From assembly GCF_009914755.1 (NCBI RefSeq), contig NC_060927.1: 64,000 bases of DNA; one strand, 5' to 3'. The DNA is from the human T2T-CHM13v2.0 reference genome, Homo sapiens. A program made the translations under genes and the position numbers. A model generated the notes under the pieces. That model searched no databases. It was not told the DNA's origin and worked only from the letters and a program-made list of their open reading frames with translations. Shown piece by piece: positions 58,772 to 64,000 of this stretch; positions within the stretch are counted from its first letter, which is position 1; the number at the start of each line of letters is the position of its first letter.

Positions 58772-59797
58772 TTACAATTTGGCATGTTTTAGCAGTGGCT
58801 GCTACCAGTTGTCCCTCTCTATGTTTAGTGCTTCCTTCAGGAGCTCTTGTAAGTCAGGCCTGGTGGTGATAAAATCTCTCAGCATTTGCTTGTCTGTAAA
58901 GGATTTTATTTCTCCTTCACTTATGAAGCTTAGTTTGGCTGGATATGAAATCCTGGGTTGGAAATTCTTTTGTTTAAGAATGTTGAATATTGACCTCCAG
59001 TCTCTTCTGGATTGTAGGGTTTCTGCCAAGAGATCCGCTGTTAGTCTGATGGGCTTCCCTTTGTGGGTAACCCGACCTTTCTCTCTGGCTGCCCTTAACA
59101 TGTTTTCCCTCATTTCAACCTTGGTGAATCTGACAATTATTTGTCTTGGGGTTACTCTTCTCAAGGAGTATCTTTGTGGTATTCTCTGTATTTCCTGAAT
59201 TTGAATGTTGGACTTCCTTGCTAGGTTGGGGAAGTTCTCCTGGATAATATCCTGAAGAGTGTTTTCCAACTTGGTTCCATTCTTCCTGCCACTTTCAGGT
59301 ACACCAGTCAAATGTACATTTGGTCTTTTCACATAGTCCCATATTTCTTGGATGCTTTGTTGGTTTCTTTTTACCCTTTTTTCTCTAATCTTGTCTTCTC
59401 ACTTTATTTCATTAATTTGATCTTCAATCACTGATATCTGTTCTTCCACTTGATCGAATCAGCTATTGGAGATTTTGCATGTGTCATGAAGTTCTCATGC
59501 CATGGTTTTCAGCTCCATCAGGTCATTTAATGTCTTCTCTACACTGTTTATTCTAGTTAGCCATTCGTCTAACTTTTTTTCAAGGTTTTTAGCTTCCTTG
59601 TCATGGGTTAGAACATGTTCCTTTAGCTCAGAGAAGTTTATTATTACCGACCTTCTGAAGCTTACTTTTGTCAACTCATCAAAGTCATTCTTCATCCAGT
59701 TTTGTTCCATTGCTGGTGAGGAGCTGTGATCCTTTGGAGGAGAAGAGGCACTCCGGTTTCTACAATTATCAGCTTTTCTGCTCTAGTTTCTCCCCAT
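58772..59797 (-). pseudogene. L1 ORF1, disrupted
   Basis: ATG GGG AGA AAC TAG (stop at codon 5); downstream fragment ...IIQENFPNLAR...[16 protein letters not shown]. Confidence 0.9.
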
Positions 59798-60380
59798 CTT
59801 TGTGGTTTTATCTACCTTTGGTCTTTGATGTTGGTGACCTACAGATGAGGTTTTGATGTGGATGTCCTTTTTGTTGATGTTGAAGCTATTTCTTTCTGTT
59901 TGTTAGTTTTTCTTCTAACAGTCAGGTCCCTCTGCTGCAGGTCTGTTGGAGTTTGCTGGAGGTCCACTCCAGACCCTGTTTGCCTGGGTATCACCAGTGG
60001 AGGCTGCAGAACAGCAAATATTGCTGCCTGATCCTTCCTCTGGAAGCTTCATCCCATAGGGGCACCCGCCTGTACGAGGTGTCTGTCAGCCCCTACTGGG
60101 AGGTGTCTCCCAGTTAGACTACACAGGGGTCAGGTACCCAGTTGAGGAGGTAGTTTGTCCATTTTCAGAGCTCAAACACCATGCTGGTAGAACCACTGCT
60201 CTATTCCAAGCTGTCAGACAGGGACATTTAAGTCTGCGGAAGTTGTCTGCTGCCTTTTGTTCAGCTAAGCCCTGCCCACAGAGGTGGAGTCTGTAGAGGC
60301 AGTAGGCCTTGCTGAGCTGAGGTGGGCTCTGCCCAGTTTGAGCTTCCTGGCTGCTTTGTTTACCTACTTAAGCCTCAGCA

Positions 60381-60713
60381 ATGGCGGACACCCCTCCCCC
60401 TGCCAGGCTGCAGCCTTGCAGGTCGATTTCAGACTGCTGCACTATCAGTGAGCAAGGCTCTGTGGGTGTGGGACCTGCTGAGCTAGGCACGGGAGAGAAT
60501 CTCCTGGTCTGCCAGTTGCTAAGACCATGGGAAAAGTGCAGTATTTGGGCAGAAGTGTACCAGTTTTCCAAGTACAGTCTGTCACAGCTTCCCTTTGCTA
60601 GGAAAGGGAAATCCCCCAACCCCTTATGCTTCCCGGGTGAGGTGATGCCCCGCCTTGCTTCAGCTCACCCTCCATGGGCTGCACCCACTGCCCAACCAGT
60701 CCCAATGAGATGA
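60381..60713 (+). CDS. L1 ORF0-like antisense ORF in the L1 5'UTR (110 aa; expression unknown)
   Basis: MADTPPPARLQPCRSISDCCTISEQGSVGVGPAE resembles the primate L1 ORF0 N-terminus as I recall it (MAGAPPPASLPPCSLISDCC..DSVGVGPSEP); start context gcaATGg. Confidence 0.55.
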   Translation: MADTPPPARLQPCRSISDCCTISEQGSVGVGPAELGTGENLLVCQLLRPWEKCSIWAEVYQFSKYSLSQLPFARKGKSPNPLCFPGEVMPRLASAHPPWAAPTAQPVPMR

Positions 60714-61030
60714 ACCAGGTACCTCAGTTGGAAATGCAGAAATCACCTGTCTTCTGTTTCAATCATGCTAGGAGCTACAAATCATAGCTGTTACTATTCA
60801 GCCATCTTAGAATGAAAAAAAAAAAAACTCCTAATTTCTTTTTACCCATAAATTTAAGGAATACACATCCTGAAAACGTAATTCAAACCCCATCAATTAT
60901 TTTGAAATTCAAAATAATTCAATAATTTTTTAAAAATTCAAAATAGTTTTAAAACATCTAAAGGCAAAAACTAGTCTTCCTCATTTTTCCCAATGTCATT
61001 GCCTTTGCCATAACTAAAAAAATATCTGGA

Positions 61031-61227
61031 TCAGGAGTCAATAACCTGAAGGACCGAAGGCTGGATTTTGTTTTTGCGCATTATGTCAAATAAATTTTTC
61101 TTTTTACATTTAAAAGGTTTGTTTTAAAAAGAAGAAAAATAAGATATTCAGCAGAGACCAATGTGTGGCCTACGAAGCCTAAAATATTTATAGTCTGGCC
61201 CTTTACAGAAAACAATTTTGACCACTG
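61031..61227. mobile_element. MER58-family MITE
   Basis: gcagagacc...gtgtggcctacgaagcctaaaatatttatagtctggccctttacagaaaa. Confidence 0.7.
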
Positions 61228-61416
61228 GTGTAGACTTCTAGACCCTTTTCTGGGTATGCATCTATACACACACACACATACAGAAATCTATAGTTTGTTT
61301 TTTGATTTGTTTATAGATGTAAGATTTTATTTGTTCATTGTCCTGTGAGGTGCTTTACTTAATAGTGTATTTGTATATATGTATATAGCATATTTGTAGA
61401 TAGTTTCATGTCAGTA

Positions 61417-61707
<291 letters not shown>

Positions 61708-61890
61708 TCATGTATTTTTATGTCAACTGCTTATTTTTTTACCTCCTAAGTAGCAGTTTATACATATGTTTCCTGCCTCTATAAAGCCATTGCCCCTCCC
61801 CACTTTGGAGCAACATCTTCTCTGAAAAATCTTACACACATTTTCAGTTTAGTTCTCAGCTGTGTGCCTCTGTCTTCCATTTTAAATATT

Positions 61891-62660
61891 CATCCATTCA
61901 TTTATTCTTTCTAAAAATACTTATTGGCACATACTATGTGCCAGGTACTCTTCTAGACCCTGAGGATTCAGTGGGTTTTTTTTTGTAAAAATAAAAGACC
62001 AAAATTCCTGCCCTTGTAGAGCTTACTTTCTAGTAGGAGAAACAGATGACAAATAGAATTACTAATAATACATGAAATGTAATTGGAGGCAAAGAAAGGC
62101 AATATGAAGTGACAGTTGGTAAGGGTTGAAATTTTAGGTCAGGTGTCATACATAGCCTCAGTGAGAAAGTGACTTCTGAGAAAAGATCCTGAGGAAATGA
62201 GGGTGCTAGCCATTAGAATATCTGAGGGAGAACACTATGGACACGTGCAAAGGCCTCAAGGTACATGCATGCCTGGTGAACCTGAGGAAGACAAAAGATA
62301 GCAGGAAGATCAATATGGCAGAAGCAGAGTGAATGAGGAAAAGAGTAGTGGAAAGGGAAGTTAGAAAGGGAAGGAGGACCCACAGTTTATGGGACCGGTG
62401 GGTTACATTAAGGACTTTGGTTTTTACTCCAAGTAAGGGATGAGAACCTTGGGAGGATATTGAGTAGAAGAGTGATATGATCTGATTTCCTTTCAATAAA
62501 ATCACTCTGGCTGCTTTGTTGAAAATAGATCAAAGGGGCAGAAGGACAGAAGTAGATGCAGCTAGACAAGTTAGGAAGTTGTGATGGCAATCCAGGTGAG
62601 ACATGATGGTGGCACAGAAGGGAGGGGTGGACATAGAAGGAGTAAGAAATGGACACTATA
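61891..62660 (-). mobile_element. L2 LINE fragment
   Basis: cattcatttattc...tactatgtgccaggtactcttctag...cctgcccttgtagagcttac...aaggactttggtttttactc...atcactctggctgct. Confidence 0.8.
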
Positions 62661-63684
62661 AAAAGTACACAAGAGGGGAAAGCCACTCTTGAGATTGAGG
62701 CATATTGATCAATAGGTAACTCCCTCTTGTTTCAAAAATGATGAAAATGTGTTACAAGTAGAACCTTCAGACCTCAGGGAATGGCCAAGGTCAGCCTAGC
62801 AAATAAATCTTAGTGTCTGAGATCAATCTTACATGGAACAAACACCCTTAAGGTAAGGGTTCATTCATTATTTTAAGATCAAGACCATGTTCTCATGAAG
62901 TGTCATCTTAGAAGTTTAGTTGTAGGTCTCACTGTAAAACCAGTCAAGCTGGGAGAAGAAAATTACATTTCTCTTTGCAACTGCTCCAAGAAAGAGTCTA
63001 ATCATACCTGCATTTTTAAACAGAAAAATAGAGTCTGAGTCTAGGCCAAAGAACAAAGAAGTTTCCAGAGAGCAGGGATTTTTGGCAGCAGACGTGAGGT
63101 GAGTGAGAATAGACCCTAAGGAAACAACCAGCTGTGGTCATACCAGGCTCTTTGTCAGTCCCCTGGAGGCTGATTTTCAGCAGACTGGGACAGCTCTACT
63201 GGTCTCTCAGGAGTCTTGTTGACTCCCTGCAGCTATCAAAGGAGGCCATATATCGGTATCTCTCTGCTTCTCAAATGAGAGAAGCATTTTTCTTTTCTTT
63301 ATCCCTGCAAATCCCAGAAAATTGAGGTAAGGTCTGGAGAGTTGAAATGCCTTCTCAGAGGCATAGTGCCAGGGATTAGTTCTAACTCAAGAGTCTCAGA
63401 GACAGTGAGACAGGGGATGGAAAGGAAGAGGAGAGAATCTGAAACCCAGATGGTCTTATGACTTTATTAAAGCTTTCCCTACCTTTGCATCATAATTATG
63501 TTGGATATGCAAACTGGGATTCGCATATGCTAAGGTATATAAAATCATTATTTCTTTAATGAGACACACAGTGAGTTTGGAGGATGTCAGGACAATGTTG
63601 TTTAATTCCTGCCTCCAAGGAAAAGAGGAAGCCCAAGATATGTTTCAACCTTTGGAAGAAAAAAACTCTACTACTAATACTGTT

Positions 63685-64000
63685 ATATTGATTGGTTCTT
63701 TTGATGACAAATGGCAGGAAAATGATAAAAACTGACTCAAAATAGAATGTATTGGCTCATCTAGCTGTAAAATATAAAAATGGACCCATGGCATAATCAA
63801 GACATTTACACACTGGGCATAGCAGATTCCAGGGGGCTCAGATGATAGTGGTTGCCTTTCTTTCTCTAATTTTCCATTCTACTTCCAATATGTGTTGGAC
63901 TCATTTTATTCTCCTGCCATGTAATTGGAAAGATGACAACCAGAAGTCCCATGTATACATCATTTTTCTTATAATTTGTTATCCAAACATAAGAGGATAC
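63685..64000. mobile_element. Old MLT1-type LTR remnant
   Basis: gaatgtattggctcat...gattccagggggctcagatgat...; weak similarity only. Confidence 0.4.

Overview
This is primate, very probably human, genomic DNA: AT-rich, CpG-poor and dominated by repeats. It contains the 3' end of the secreted neuronal protein gene TAFA1 (FAM19A1) on the + strand. There is a 125-bp coding exon at 12289-12413 (..[41 protein letters not shown]) and a last exon starting at 18017 (IHPRT*), with a ~1.1-kb 3'UTR and a probable ATTAAA poly(A) signal at 19124. The intron upstream of the 125-bp exon is unusually packed with independent solo LTRs. All are antisense to the gene except one, and that one has lost its AATAAA. 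Downstream intergenic DNA holds old DNA transposons, L2/MIR/L3 fossils and Alus. It also holds a ~22-kb L1 block: an L1MA split by a nested, oppositely oriented L1PA15/16-like element, followed by a full-length L1PA6/7-like element that keeps an open ORF0-like frame. I see no new multi-gene system. The most notable observations are local: the LTR orientation/poly(A) pattern, a locally templated inverted insertion, an L1 fragment captured inside an Alu, and a possible intron-read-through TAFA1 isoform. Repeat subfamily names come from recalled consensus sequences and need RepeatMasker/Dfam confirmation. Nearly all ORFs in the supplied track are spurious or repeat-derived.
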